A DNA stretch of 63,564 nt, filler included, from Octopus bimaculoides (GCF_001194135.2; 3 parts of 3 records of this genome joined end to end with filler, not necessarily neighbours in it); one strand, 5' to 3'; shown: positions 11,471-24,419, counted from the whole stretch's first letter. The notes: generated by a model from the sequence alone, not told the origin. A program made the numbers and translations.

Positions 11471-12202
11471 ACTGCACTATAATGGATTATTATGATGTAT
11501 CACAATTTCCAGTTTTAGTGTGTCCGTACCATATGTTTCTGTACTGTATCGGTATCATATACTTAATTTAGGATATCTGCACCCATAAATTCATATTTAC
11601 TATACAGTCATATAAGGAGTGTGTTTAAGTGAATGTATGTATTATTTGTTTATATAAGAAAATCGTATATATTAATATCAATATTAAATTATTGCTTTTC
11701 ATTTGATCCACTCCAATTATAAGCAGCTGTTAATGACAGAGATGATGTTTGAACAGAAATTGAGTAAGCTATGGTGAAACTTCGCCATGAACAATTTTTC
11801 ACCAAAAAAAAAAAAAAAAAAACTACCACAAGAATTTATCTTACAGTAATAAATACCAGAAAATATCGAAATAATGTTTCCATTGCATTCTATTTTGGAG
11901 CAGCGGAAACTTTTTTTTAACATAAATTATAATAAGAATGTTGTAGAGGTTGCCAACTGCATGGAATGTCCATGACTCTGGTTAGTACATTCATATTTTT
12001 AGCAGTAAAATTATTAAACATAAATGCTTGTTATGTGGAAACATATTTTTGCATTTTTACTCTCAAGAAAAAACATATCTAGCTCTTCAGCTAAAAAAAA
12101 TTAAAGCTTTTTTTGTGTTTTTCAAACATCATCATCATCATCATCATCGTTTAACGTCCGCTTTCCATGCTAGCATGGGTTATATATATATATATATATA
12201 TG

Positions 12203-12348
12203 TGGAGTGGCTGTGTGGTAAGAAGCATGCTTCCCAACCACATGGTTCCAGGTTCAGTCCCACTAGGGAAAGTGTCTTCTACTATAGCTTCAGGCCAACC
12301 AAAGCCTTGTGAGTGGATTTGGAAGATGGAAACTGAAAGAAGCCCATC

Positions 12349-12433
<85 letters not shown>

Positions 12434-12725
12434 CACACACACACATATATATATATAAATACATACATACATACATGCATACATACATATATATATGTGT
12501 GTGTGTGTATGTATTTGTGTGTCTGTGTTTGTCCCCACCACCATTGCTTGACAACCAGTGTTTGTGTGTATACGTACCCGTAACTTAGTGGTTTGGCAAA
12601 AGAGACCAATAGAATAAGTACTAGGCTTACACTGAATAATTCCTGGTGTTGATTTGTTTGACTAAAGGTAGTGCTCCAGTATGACTGCAGTCAAATGCGT
12701 GAAACAAGTAAAAAAATAAAAATAA
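12203..12725 (+). mobile_element. SINE family A, full length, long internal (TA)/(CA)/(TG) tract
   Basis: Both halves are present and colinear with 9925-10320. Confidence 0.9.
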
Positions 12726-12743
12726 AAATGTATAACAGTTTAA

Positions 12744-13115
12744 TGCATATTCAACCCTTCCTTATTATTTTTCGAAGACACAAGGACCAACTCAAAAGAC
12801 ACAGGGAAACCACTAGACTTGAGCCTAAATCGCTTGACACACAAACCTGAGACTGTACTAACTGGTAGAACCAAAGACTTTGAAGCCATCAGAAGAGAAA
12901 AGGGAGAAATCAAACAGAAAAAAGAGAAAAGCTTGACACAATCAACTTTGTCCTCCACCGTCATTACCATACAGTCATTACCATACAGTCATTACCATAC
13001 AGTCATTACCATACAGTCATTACCATACAGTCATTACCATACAGTCAATAGGATTGACTCTTCTATGCGAGAATTGGTTAACTTAGTCATGAAGCTTTCA
13101 GCAGAGAAGAAATAA
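12744..13115 (+). other. Stop-to-stop open frame of about 123 codons containing PLDLS; coding status unknown
   Basis: FEDTRTNSKDTGKPLDLSLNR...KQKKEKSLTQSTLSST-[repeat]-VNRIDSSMRELVNLVMKLSAEKK*. Confidence 0.25.
12960..13047. repeat. Perfect minisatellite, 6 x 14 bp (gtcattaccataca) plus 4 bp
   Basis: Read directly from the sequence. Confidence 0.95.
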
Positions 13116-13181
13116 AATTCTTGGATACAAGGAAAAGACACCACTGCCACTGATATTGTTATATATATATGTATATATATA

Positions 13182-13985
13182 TACCTCACCGTACGTCGTT
13201 CATTGGTTCCAGGCGACACAACTTGAGTTGAAAAACAACTTAAGTCAAATTACCTTGTATTAACTTGTCTCTAGGCTAGGCTAGGCCAAATGTACTTGTC
13301 TCTAGGTTAGGCTAGGCTGAATATACTTGTCTCTAGGCTAAACCGATAATAACCATTCCCAGTTCTGTACTTTACTTATGAATGCATTTTCAATAATACA
13401 TGGTTAATAAAAATCCATCTTAAGCTTACAAACAAATAATTTTTATTTCTTAGAACAGAACAATAAAAAAAAAAAAAGTAATCTAAATTTACGAATACAA
13501 TTTGGCGGTGCTTACTGTACATCACGGACACTTTATTTATGAATGAAATTTGCAATAAGACATGGTAAAATAAAAGCCTTTTGTAAGCTTAAAAAACAAA
13601 TTCAGTAATTATTATTATTTTGCAATAGTAAAAAAAAACTGAATTAATTAAAATTTACCAATATGTACATACAATTTGGTGGTTTACATCATGGATGTAG
13701 ATGGCTATGAATCGCCAACATCAACAGTTGACTCTGGTTGTTCTTGTTGTTCATTGTACTTAAAGAACCGGTGGAGAGATCCTTGAACTGTCTTCTTTTC
13801 TTCAAGAATTACATTATAAGGAGCAAAAGCTTCGTGACAAGCCCCCATAATCTTGGAAAAGCACTGAGCATTTGGATTCGTATCCTCGAACATAAAATGA
13901 CCTTTTTCAACATATATGCAAATGCTTGCTGCATTTCCTTAATGGGAAAGTGACATGGCTCAGGTTTGACTTCCTCTTCTTTATT
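13182..13985 (-). mobile_element. Tigger/pogo-like DNA transposon, 3' fragment
   Basis: Transposase C-terminus EEEVKPEPCHFPIKEMQQAFAYVEKGHFMFEDTNPN...YNVILEEKKTVQGSLHRFFK. Tigger-like terminal motif cctcaccgtacg...caacttaagtcaa near 13182-13240. Confidence 0.75.
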
Positions 13986-14010
13986 TTGCTGCTCGCATAT
14001 ATATATATAT

Positions 14011-14286
14011 ATGATGATGATGGCCGTCCACTCGTAACTGAGGAAGACCGTTGCTGACCTTCAGGAACCTTGTGCGCTCTAGGACTAACTTATATTTTGC
14101 ATTTGTGGCTCCGTTGGTGACTAATGAGCCCTGCTCTTGACAAGCATACACGACTGCAAACATTGCAGATTAAGCTTTCCCCATTCACTATATGAGCCGT
14201 GCGCTTTCGCGCAACTTGCTTAAGTTCTTCATGCTGGATACGTGCTCTCTCAAAAGTGTCGATCCCCTCCTTAACCTGCTTCCTCG
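14011..14286 (-). mobile_element. RTE-clade LINE 3' end (C-terminal C2H2-like finger and 3'UTR)
   Basis: ...LICNVCSRVCLSRAGLISHQRSH...*, the typical RTE/BovB ORF end. Short (CAT)n tail. Confidence 0.85.
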
Positions 14287-14319
14287 TATATATATATATA
14301 TATATATGCACGTGTATAC

Positions 14320-14487
14320 ATACATATACGATGGACTTTTTTCAGTTTCCATCTACCAAATCTACTCACAAGGCTTTGGTCGGCCCGACTCTATAGTAGA
14401 AGCCACTTTCCCAAGGTTCCATGCAGTGGGACTGAACCCGCAACCATGTGGTTGGTTTAGCAAGCTACTTACCACACAGCCACTCCT
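14320..14487 (-). mobile_element. SINE family A, 5' half
   Basis: Matches the family A head and body in reverse. Confidence 0.85.
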
Positions 14488-14811
14488 GCAAGATGAAACA
14501 AAACCTCCAGAGGCTTATAAAAAACTTGCCGGTAACTGATTTTTAACAGATGCAGTAGACCTTTGTAAGTGACCTGCTTGGAGAAGTGCAATGAAAATTT
14601 CACCAGCAGCGAAATATACAGAGATGTGAATAGAACCGTGTTTGTGTGTTCTTAAATGGTTAAAGGAAGTCTTCCATTATGTAACAGTTATGTTTCTACA
14701 CTCAATTTCAGATGAAGTCGCTCGCCAAAACCAAATACAAACTCTGAGACTAACATCATAACAATATCTCTGCTACACATGCAGACACATATGCATGCAC
14801 ACACTCGCACA

Positions 14812-14847
<36 letters not shown>

Positions 14848-16867
14848 TGCCTGTATGCACACACAAATACACAGTATAAAGAGATAAAGAGAGAGAGAGA
14901 GAGAGAGACAGGTAAATCAAAACAGTCTCCGGGGAAATTAGTTGTGGTTTGTGTCAGCAAAAATTATTTTTATTGGTAAAAATGTACAGTTTAAAATTTG
15001 TATGCTATCAACAGAACAATATTTGTATATGTGTGTGTGTATACATACACGCACACATACACACACACGTACACACACACACACATTATATATATATGTA
15101 CGTGTATACATACATATATTATATATATGTGTATGTGTGTGTATATAAATATATATGACAGATACAGTATTTACATTAAGTTGAATGTGTATGTATACAT
15201 TCTTTATGCATAAANNNNNNNNNNNNNNNNNNNNNNNNNNNNNNNNNNNNNNNNNNNNNNNNNNNNNNNNNNNNNNNNNNNNNNNNNNNNNNNNNNNNNN
15301 NNNNNNNNNNNNNNNNNNNNNNNNNNNNNNNNNNNNNNNNNNNNNNNNNNNNNNNNNNNNNTTATATTTATATATAATTGTTTTGAGAAAGAAGATTGAT
15401 TAGAAATTCTCTCACAAAATAGAGGTTTTAACTTAGAAGTAACTTAGAGCAACTTGAGACGAAAGATATTACATTACATATTTATATTTGTATATGTATA
15501 TATATATATATATATATACATGTATATATATAGATATATATATACATATCTACACAAATACAAAACACATAGCATTAAAAAAGTCATATTTACCTTTAAC
15601 TACTCAGCTAAATAGAACTTAATGGCCTATGGCAAGCAGAATAATGGGTCTGCCCAAAGAGAATCAAACAATGGCTTAGATCAAACTAACGAGAGAGTCT
15701 CTATGTGCTTGCATAGTATGCTAGAAATAACAGTCTGATTTCCTTTGGAGTACACCCTACCAATTTAACAAGAAGGAAGAACGCAGCATGATGCAGTCCT
15801 TAATGAGCATAGAGATAAGATGGTTAAACAATATCAGCTACAAAGTGTGGTTTGATGGTATATATGACTCATATCATGCCATAGTTGTAGATGACGTTTC
15901 AGGAATCATATCGGCACGTATTCAGGGAAGGAAAAGGTTTTTTTAGTGCATTAAAACATGTAACATAGGCTCAACATTGCATAAAAGACATGGGACATGT
16001 TTTTTTGGAGAAAGAAAAATGTGTACCGTATATACCATAGAAAAACAGTAATTTTCTCAGCTGAGATTATTCAATAGATTCAGTGCTGGTTTAACCACTA
16101 AACCAAATAAGAATATGCTAAGGGAATCAGAAGGAAGGAAGGGGCACCAAAGAAATGGTAAATGGTTTACGGCATGAAAGAAATCACTTTAAACTAGCTA
16201 AAATGATATTCAAAATGTTATGGTGAGGGTCATTGACACCGCCTGTGAGAATGGACAAGCTGAACTAATATAAATAGCAGAGTGTTTGCCTGAGTGGGAG
16301 AATGAGAAAATCACAGCAAGCTACACCTGTAGGACATGCATCAAGCAGGGTCATCACAACCTGAAGTAGTGATCCTCATTCATTACCCATTATGTAATCC
16401 ATTTAAAATTTTCAAATTGTTTAGTTTAGTACTCAGCCACATCTGCAAACTTCACTGCTGTTCTGTAATCTAATATTGCAATCAAAGATTTGTTAAAATC
16501 AAAGATTGTTGCAATCAAAAGCTAATTAATCAACTTTTAAACCTGAGATCAATAATCAAACATTAAATTATGAATCGATAAACAAGCTGTGAGCTAATCA
16601 CTAAACTAATAATTAGTGATCAAGGTTTAAATAAAGTCTGCAAATCAACATTAAACAGGATCTCATTGCCTTCATCAAGACATTCTACTAGAAACTGTGG
16701 TTGTTGCTGTGTGCTACGATTTAGCCCTGGGCCATTCCTGATTGTCCATGATGATCTCTGATCATTGATGTTTCAGCTGCAATCACATCACTATTTTGTT
16801 TTCTCTTTTTAAGGTAAACTTTTAATGTTTATCTTGCTTCGGTCATTGGACTGCAGTCATCCTGGGG

Positions 16868-16925
16868 CAGTCTGAGAGTGTAGTGGGTGCTTTTTTACAT
16901 GCCACTGGCACGGGAGCCACTCAGG
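16868..16925 (-). mobile_element. Family E fragment
   Basis: gagagtgtagtgggtgcttttttacatgccactggcacgggagcc. Confidence 0.65.
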
Positions 16926-17965
16926 GGTTACAATATATATACATATATATATATATATATANNNNNNNNNNNNNNNNNNNNNNNNNNNNNNNNNNNNNNN
17001 NNNNNNNNNNNNNNNNNNNNNNNNNNNNNNNNNNNNNNNNNNNNNNNNNNNNNNNNNNNNNNNNNNNNNNNNNNNNNNNNNNNNNNNNNNNNNNNNNNNN
17101 NNNNNNNNNNNNNNNNNNNNNNNNNNNNNNNNNNNNNNNNNNNNNNNNNNNNNNNNNNNNNNNNNNNNNNNNNNNNNNNNNNNNNNNNNNNNNNNNNNNN
17201 NNNNNNNNNNNNNNNNNNNNNNNNNNNNNNNNNNNNNNNNNNNNNNNNNNNNNNNNNNNNNNNNNNNNNNNNNNNNNNNNNNNNNNNNNNNNNNNNNNNN
17301 NNNNNNNNNNNNNNNNNNNNNNNNNNNNNNNNNNNNNNNNNNNNNNNNNNNNNNNNNNNNNNNNNNNNNNNNNNNNNNNNNNNNNNNNNNNNNNNNNNNN
17401 NNNNNNNNNNNNNNNNNNNNNNNNNNNNNNNNNNNNNNNNNNNNNNNNNNNNNNNNNNNNNNNNNNNNNNNNNNNNNNNNNNNNNNNNNNNNNNNNNNNN
17501 NNNNNNNNNNNNNNNNNNNNNNNNNNNNNNNNNNNNNNNNNNNNNNNNNNNNNNNNNNNNNNNNNTATATATATATATATGTAAATATATGCACATATAC
17601 ACACATATACCACATATACATTTATTTGAGCATGTGTGCACAGATGCATATGTGTGTATATATTGTCTGCTTGTGTGTGTGTGTGTGTATGTGTATGTGT
17701 AAGGTTAACAATGCAACAGGTTTGATGTAATGACAACAGTTAACTCTTCATGTGATGATGTAAAGGGGGCAACATTACACATTGCACCAGACAACATCCG
17801 ACCTAAAGCTTCAACAAAGACAACCAGAAGACATCCGCCCCATTACATAAAAGCTAGATGTTTACCAAAAGATTAAGAAAAACAGCCTGAGAGGACGAAA
17901 ACTTAAAATACTGTAAATACAAAGAAAAGATTTAAACGAAGAATACATACATACATATATCTATG

Positions 17966-18020
<55 letters not shown>

Positions 18021-19120
18021 NNNNNNNNNNNNNNNNNNNNNNNNNNNNNNNNNNNNNNNNNNNNNNNNNNNNNNNNNNNNNNNNNNNNNNNNNNNNNNNN
18101 NNNNNNNNNNNNNNNNNNNNNNNNNNNNNNNNNNNNNNNNNNNNNNNNNNNNNNNNNNNNNNNNNNNNNNNNNNNNNNNNNNNNNNNNNNNNNNNNNNNN
18201 NNNNNNNNNNNNNNNNNNNNNNNNNNNNNNNNNNNNNNNNNNNNNNNNNNNNNNNNNNNNNNNNNNNNNNNNNNNNNNNNNNNNNNNNNNNNNNNNNNNN
18301 NNNNNNNNNNNNNNNNNNNNNNNNNNNNNNNNNNNNNNNNNNNNNNNNNNNNNNNNNNNNNNNNNNNNNNNNNNNNNNNNNNNNNNNNNNNNNNNNNNNN
18401 NNNNNNNNNNNNNNNNNNNNNNNNNNNNNNNNNNNNNNNNNNNNNNNNNNNNNNNNNNNNNNNNNNNNNNNNNNNNNNNNNNNNNNNNNNNNNNNNNNNN
18501 NNNNNNNNNNNNNNNNNNNNNNNNNNNNNNNNNNNNNNNNNNNNNNNNNNNNNNNNNNNNNNNNNNNNNNNNNNNNNNNNNNNNNNNNNNNNNNNNNNNN
18601 NNNNNNNNNNNNNNNNNNNNNNNNNNNNNNNNNNNNNNNNNNNNNNNNNNNNNNNNNNNNNNNNNNNNNNNNNNNNNNNNNNNNNNNNNNNNNNNNNNNN
18701 NNNNNNNNNNNNNNNNNNNNNNNNNNNNNNNNNNNNNNNNNNNNNNNNNNNNNNNNNNNNNNNNNNNNNNNNNNNNNNNNNNNNNNNNNNNNNNNNNNNN
18801 NNNNNNNNNNNNNNNNNNNNNNNNNNNNNNNNNNNNNNNNNNNNNNNNNNNNNNNNNNNNNNNNNNNNNNNNNNNNNNNNNNNNNNNNNNNNNNNNNNNN
18901 NNNNNNNNNNNNNNNNNNNNNNNNNNNNNNNNNNNNNNNNNNNNNNNNNNNNNNNNNNNNNNNACTGCCATTTTACTTTCATTTGACTGAAAGAGCAAGT
19001 TTGTTATGTGGCTTGTGTTTCACACAGCTGTGATCCTCGGGTGAGAACCCAGTCATGTGTAACTTGAGTCATGAGACAAACTCTCTGTTTCAGTTTCAAC
19101 AATATATATATATATATATT

Positions 19121-19355
19121 GCCAGTGCCACTGGACTAGCTCCTGTGCAGGTGGCATGTAAAAACACCATTTGAGCATGGCTGTTGCCAGTACCGCCTGA
19201 CTGGTCCTTGTGCTGGTGGTATGTAAAAGCACCCACTACACTCTTGGAGTGGTTGGCTTTAGGAAGGGCATCCAGCCATAGAAACTCTGCCAAATCAGAT
19301 TAAAGCCTGGTGTAGCCATCTGGCTCACTAGTCTCCAAGTCAAACCGCCCAACCC

Positions 19356-19356
<1 letters not shown>
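19121..19356 (+). mobile_element. SINE-like family E
   Basis: Colinear with 9264-9460. Confidence 0.85.
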
Positions 19357-19393
<37 letters not shown>

Positions 19394-20242
19394 GCGTATG
19401 TGTTTGTGTGTGTGTGTGTCTATCTCTCTATGTGCATGTGTGTGTAGTTAGGGTCTAATTTACTTTGGTAATAATTCAACATAATTTTTCAATAGGATTC
19501 TTACCTTTACTAATTAAATGTTAAACTGAATAACCCAAGATATAAAATATCATAGCTTAATTCACAACTTGTAGCTCCAAGCTGACAGACCATGTTTTTT
19601 GCTGAAACACATTGCTTTTCCTTTGTATTCCTCTGTATTCATAATTTTCATAGATTTTGTTTTATTCTAAATCGTTTATTATAAAAAATTCAGATTAATT
19701 TCAAATCCCACTGATGTTGATTTTGTTCTTTCGTCCTCCTGGCATCGATAAGAATAAACTTTCAAATCAATTACTAGGTCAATTTAATATTCAGACAAAA
19801 CAGAGCAACAGACAAAATACCTTGTAGCGTTTAATTACAGACTTCCAAAGTTTATGAGTTGATATCCTGCTGATGTCAACTTTCATGACTTCCATCCTTG
19901 CGGCGTCGATAAAACGAAGTACTAGTCAACAGAGTTGATTTAATATTCCCATAAAGTACCTGAGATGTTAATGGAATTACACCAGCAGACTAAGAATATT
20001 TCATTTCTTTTTTTTTTTTATCCTTCTTTCCTGTCTTTTTTATATTATTTTTATTCCAAGAATAAGACCAAAAAAAAAAAAATTACTATTTTAATTTTCC
20101 ATTTTCAAAATATTGTGTCTTGTTGCAGGGTGGCTGCCTTGTTAGAACCAAACAAGCAGACTTGCAAAGGTCTCCCGGCTTTGAAATTGACAATATGTGA
20201 TTTGTACGCAATGACCACCATAATTTACATAACAGTATTACA

Positions 20243-20500
20243 TCATCATCATCATCGTCGTTGTCGCAGTCATCATCATCATCATTCTCATTCAATATTT
20301 GTTTTCCATGCTGGCATGGGTTGGACAGTTTAACCAGGGCTGGCAAGCCAGAGGATGATGTCAAACTTTATTGTTTATTTTTGACATGATTTCTACAGCT
20401 GGATGCCCTTCCTAATGCTACTCACTTTACATAGTGTACTGCATACTTTTTTTTTTTATCATGTGGCACCAGCATCAGCAGGGTAACCAAATAACTTGCA
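20243..20500 (-). mobile_element. Family E, diverged subfamily
   Basis: ttttccatgctggcatgggttggacag...ctggatgcccttcctaatgc. Confidence 0.7.
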
Positions 20501-20749
20501 AGACAAAGAAAGAGTCCTTGACTGGGAGGAGGAGGAGTAGTACTGAAGGAGGTGACTTTGTGTCAGTTGATGAGAAGTTAAAAGAATAACAGAGAGATTG
20601 AGAGATAGGTGTCTTGATGAAGAAAAAATACAAGGATACCCCAGTTGGAATAGAAAGGAGAGGAAAGATTGAGGGGGACAGAGTGAGAGTATGTGTAAAA
20701 AAAACACATTCTATTCAATCTCCTAAACAAATATAATAGATATTTAACT

Positions 20750-21748
20750 TATTGACGTTTCTTCTGACATTTTCCTGTGACTTCACCTCTGACATTTTCC
20801 TAACGTTTTACTTTGACATTTTCTTTTTGCTTGACATTTCCCGTGCCTTTTTTGCCTCTGAAGATTTTTAACTTGTTAGTCTGACGTTTCATGTATCATA
20901 TATTTTTCCTCTGACGTTCTGACAATTTTTTCTCTGACGTTTTCCAAACGTTTTTCCCTGATGTTTTCTCAATGTTTTTTTTAACCGTTTTCTATGATCT
21001 TTCATCTTCTGATATTTCCTCATCTATTTTTCCTTTAGTGTTTTCCTAACTTTTTGCTTGACATTTCCTGTGCCTTTTTTTCCCCCCTGAAGTCTTTTTC
21101 TAACGTTTTTGTATGACGTTTCCTGCACCATATATACGTCCTCTGACGTTCACCCAACTTTTTTCCCTGACATTTTCCTCATGTTTTTCAGTCCAATGTT
21201 TTCTATGACCTTCTATTTTCTGATGTTTCCTTATCTATTTTTCCTTTTTACTTTGACATTTTCTTTTTGCTTGACATTTCCTGTGATTTTTTCCTCCAAA
21301 GTTTCCTAACTTGTTAGTCTGACATTTCTTCTATCATATATTTTTCCTCTCACATTCTCGCAACATTTTTGCTCTGACGTTTTCCAAACGTTTTTTACTC
21401 CACTGTTCTCATCTATTTTTACTTCTGTGTTTTCCTAATGTTTTCATTGACATTTTCCTGAGACCTTTTTCCTCAGATGTTTTCCTAAGTGTTGTCTCCT
21501 TTGACATTTTCCTAACTATTTATTTTCTCTGACATTTTCCTATCTTCTTTGTCTTTGATGCTTCCCAACCCTTTCCCTGACGTTTTCCTAACATTTTCCC
21601 TCTGACATTTTTCTAACTGTTTTCTCTAAAGCTTTCCTAATATTTTCCTTCGTTGACATTTTCACGACATTTTTCCCTGGTATTTTCCTAGTTTTTTTTC
21701 TTTTTTCTTTTGATGACTTTCTAACATTTTTCTCCAACACATTTTTCT
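20750..21748. repeat. Degenerate T-rich satellite: TGACRTTT subunits with ~220/440-bp higher-order period
   Basis: More than 20 exact TGACRTT motifs. Block 20811-20960 recurs at 21251-21400 (offset 440), with an intermediate copy near 21050. Confidence 0.85.
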
Positions 21749-22297
21749 TATGATACCCCATTCCTTGAAATTTATTATTTCTTGTGATTTATTCTGTGCC
21801 ATTTCCCCCTGTAATCATTCTTCTATGCTATATGGAATGTTAATCTTTTGTTTTATGATTCACAAAGTGAAATTATTGAACTTGGCAAAGACCAGCATTT
21901 GCTGGAAACTCAGCTGTAGAATCAATGTACAAGAATTACTTTCTTTGGAATTGAAAGTTAATTTCAGAACACAGTTATATACAGGTGATTACTGCATCTG
22001 TACTGGCACCAACCTGCTCCACAGCAACATATTGCTTGCAGTCAACAATGGTCTGCCAATATATAAGCTTTACAAGGCAAAGTAAAAAGATATGAGACCT
22101 TAAAAAAGAAAGCATCTTGTCTAATGTTTTGATAACTCTTAGGTACAGAACATTTCCAAGCATTTTCATCTAAACATGTGTTGTGATTCAGCATCGGTTT
22201 ATTACAGCATAATGCTGAATTATGGATTATTCCCTATGATACAACAAAATTAATTCTACTCTCAATGTTCATAGTATGGTATTATTAGGAATATCTT

Positions 22298-22411
22298 AAG
22301 GGCAGAAAGTTGGCAGAGTCATTAGCACACTGGACAAAATACTTAGCAGCATTTCGTCCATTCTGAGTTCAAATTCTAATAAGATTGTCTTTGCCTTTTT
22401 TTTGGGGGGGG
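22298..22411 (+). mobile_element. SINE family B, 5' part
   Basis: aagggcagaaagttggcagagtcattagcac...ttctgagttcaaattc. Confidence 0.7.
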
Positions 22412-22587
22412 NNNNNNNNNNNNNNNNNNNNNNNNNNNNNTGTCGATAAAATGTTGGGGGGACAAACAGACACACACACACATACATATATACCGAAGCC
22501 TTGTGATTGAATTTGGTAGGCGGAAGTTACTGCCGTGTGTGTATATGTCTGTGTATGTGCTTGTGCCTCTCTCCCAGAGAGTGTGTG

Positions 22588-22599
<12 letters not shown>

Positions 22600-22624
<25 letters not shown>

Positions 22625-22745
22625 ATTTGTCCTTTGTTACCACTGGACAACCAGTGCTGGTTTGTTTACAGCCCTGTGACTTTTTGCCTGGTTCGGCAAA
22701 AGAGACTCATACAGATAGCGCTTCAGTGATTGGAACAAGTAAAAG
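22600..22745 (+). mobile_element. SINE family A, 3' half, diverged
   Basis: ggacaaccagtgctggtttgtttac...ggttcggcaaaagagac. Confidence 0.65.
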
Positions 22746-23145
22746 GCTAATGGCAAAAGGCCATTTAGGGTTAACCTGAGGTTAAACAAGAAGAAGAAGG
22801 AGAAAGAAGTAAAAGAAAGATAGAAGAAGAGGAGGAGGAAGGGGAAGGGGGAGGAGGGGAAGAAGAAGAAGAAAAGCCAACAGCAACAGCAACAGAAACA
22901 ATCTCACTAGTCCGAGAGAGCTTGCAAGAGGCGATGGGCACTGTCCCTTCCTCCTCCTCCCACTCCCTAAATCCCTCCATCCTTGAGCAATCAAAAGAAA
23001 CTAATGCGTACATCATATAAAAACTGTTTGATGCGCGCTACTTCATGTATAGTCAATGTCTGTTTAATGTTATATTTACAAAAGCACACACAAGCTAACG
23101 ACCATTGTTATTTGCATGCATTGTCTGTCATAATTAGTGAGTTTT

Positions 23146-23188
<43 letters not shown>

Positions 23189-23847
23189 CCTCAATCAGTG
23201 ATGTTTTACAACAACCAGATACTCTGAAATAATTAGTTGGTTATTGATTGATTAACTTCTTTCTTTTCTCATGTATATCTATATATAGATATAAATGTAA
23301 ATATATATATACATACATATACATGTATATATATATGTGTATCTATATATGTATATATGTATATGTATATATGTATNNNNNNNNNNNNNNNNNNNNNNNN
23401 NNNNNNNNNNNNNNNNNNNNNNNNNNNNNNNNNNNNNNNNNNNNNNNNNNNNNNNNNNNNNNNNNNNNNNNATATATATATATATATATATACATAATAT
23501 GGTGTTGTCATCATCTTCATTACCATCATTTACATCATCATCAACATCATCGTCGTCATTGTTGTTGTCATCATCATCATCATCATCATCATCGTCACCA
23601 TTGTCGTTGTCATCATTATCGTCGTCGTCATCATCATCGTCATCATTACCATCATCGTTTCAGTGTCCACTTTTCCTTGTCTGCATGGGTCAGATGGATT
23701 TCAGTGAGGTAGATTTTCTATGGCCAGATGTCCTCCCAGTCACTGGTCAATTTTGAGTTATTTCTCTTAGCTCATTTTTATTTTTATGTAAATAATGCAA
23801 ATTCTGAAGTCTATAAATCTCTCCTGCTCTTTTTTTCTTTCTTTAAG

Positions 23848-23879
23848 GTGGTGATAAGGTACCAGAACACATCCACAAG
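23848..23879 (+). other. Candidate 32-nt exon (GGDKVPEHIHK or VVIRYQNTSTR), gene unknown
   Basis: Very strong acceptor ctctttttttctttctttaag and donor AAG|gtaatg. Confidence 0.3.
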
Positions 23880-24419
23880 GTAATGCGTCCAAGATGGTGA
23901 ACAGAAGAGAGCATGGATACTTTTTGGCTCCTGGAAATAAAGTCAGACAATTACCATTCTGAAGAGCCAGCTATTGAGCCAGAAACACGTGTCCACAAGT
24001 GTCTTTTTATTTCCAGACAGTAAACCTGTTCTTTCCCTTAATGGCATAATTCTTCATAAATATAGAACTGTATTAAATTAAATGTCCTCATGTCTTGGGT
24101 TTCTTTGAATGACCAGTAAGAGGTACTTAGACTTAGACGCTAGAAAAGATTGTGGAAGTAACAGAAATGTGTGTGCAGTAGAAAATATATCGGGTTTCTG
24201 GTTGGCACTTATTGTAATGATTTCGTAGCATTGAAGATAAAAAATTGGCTTATGCAGACATCGTTAGAATGATGGTAACATACATGGTTCATGGCATTTG
24301 GCAGAAGTGAGATGGTGTACCTTGCGAGTACCAAACTGGCAAAAGAGAGCGATACAGCACCAAACATTGGAATATATAGGTGTCGGCTGTCACACCACCT
24401 AGTGGCCTGTATCATCAAA

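Noticed and set aside
12960-13047. CRISPR or iteron reading of the 14-bp repeat
   Set aside because: These are contiguous tandem units with no spacers.
14570-14640. IYRDVNRT resembling the TBC RabGAP IxxDxxR motif
   Set aside because: The frame is bounded by stops, splice sites are weak, and no other TBC motifs are nearby.
21750-22085. 111-aa plus-strand ORF
   Set aside because: No recognisable domain and no convincing splice or start context.
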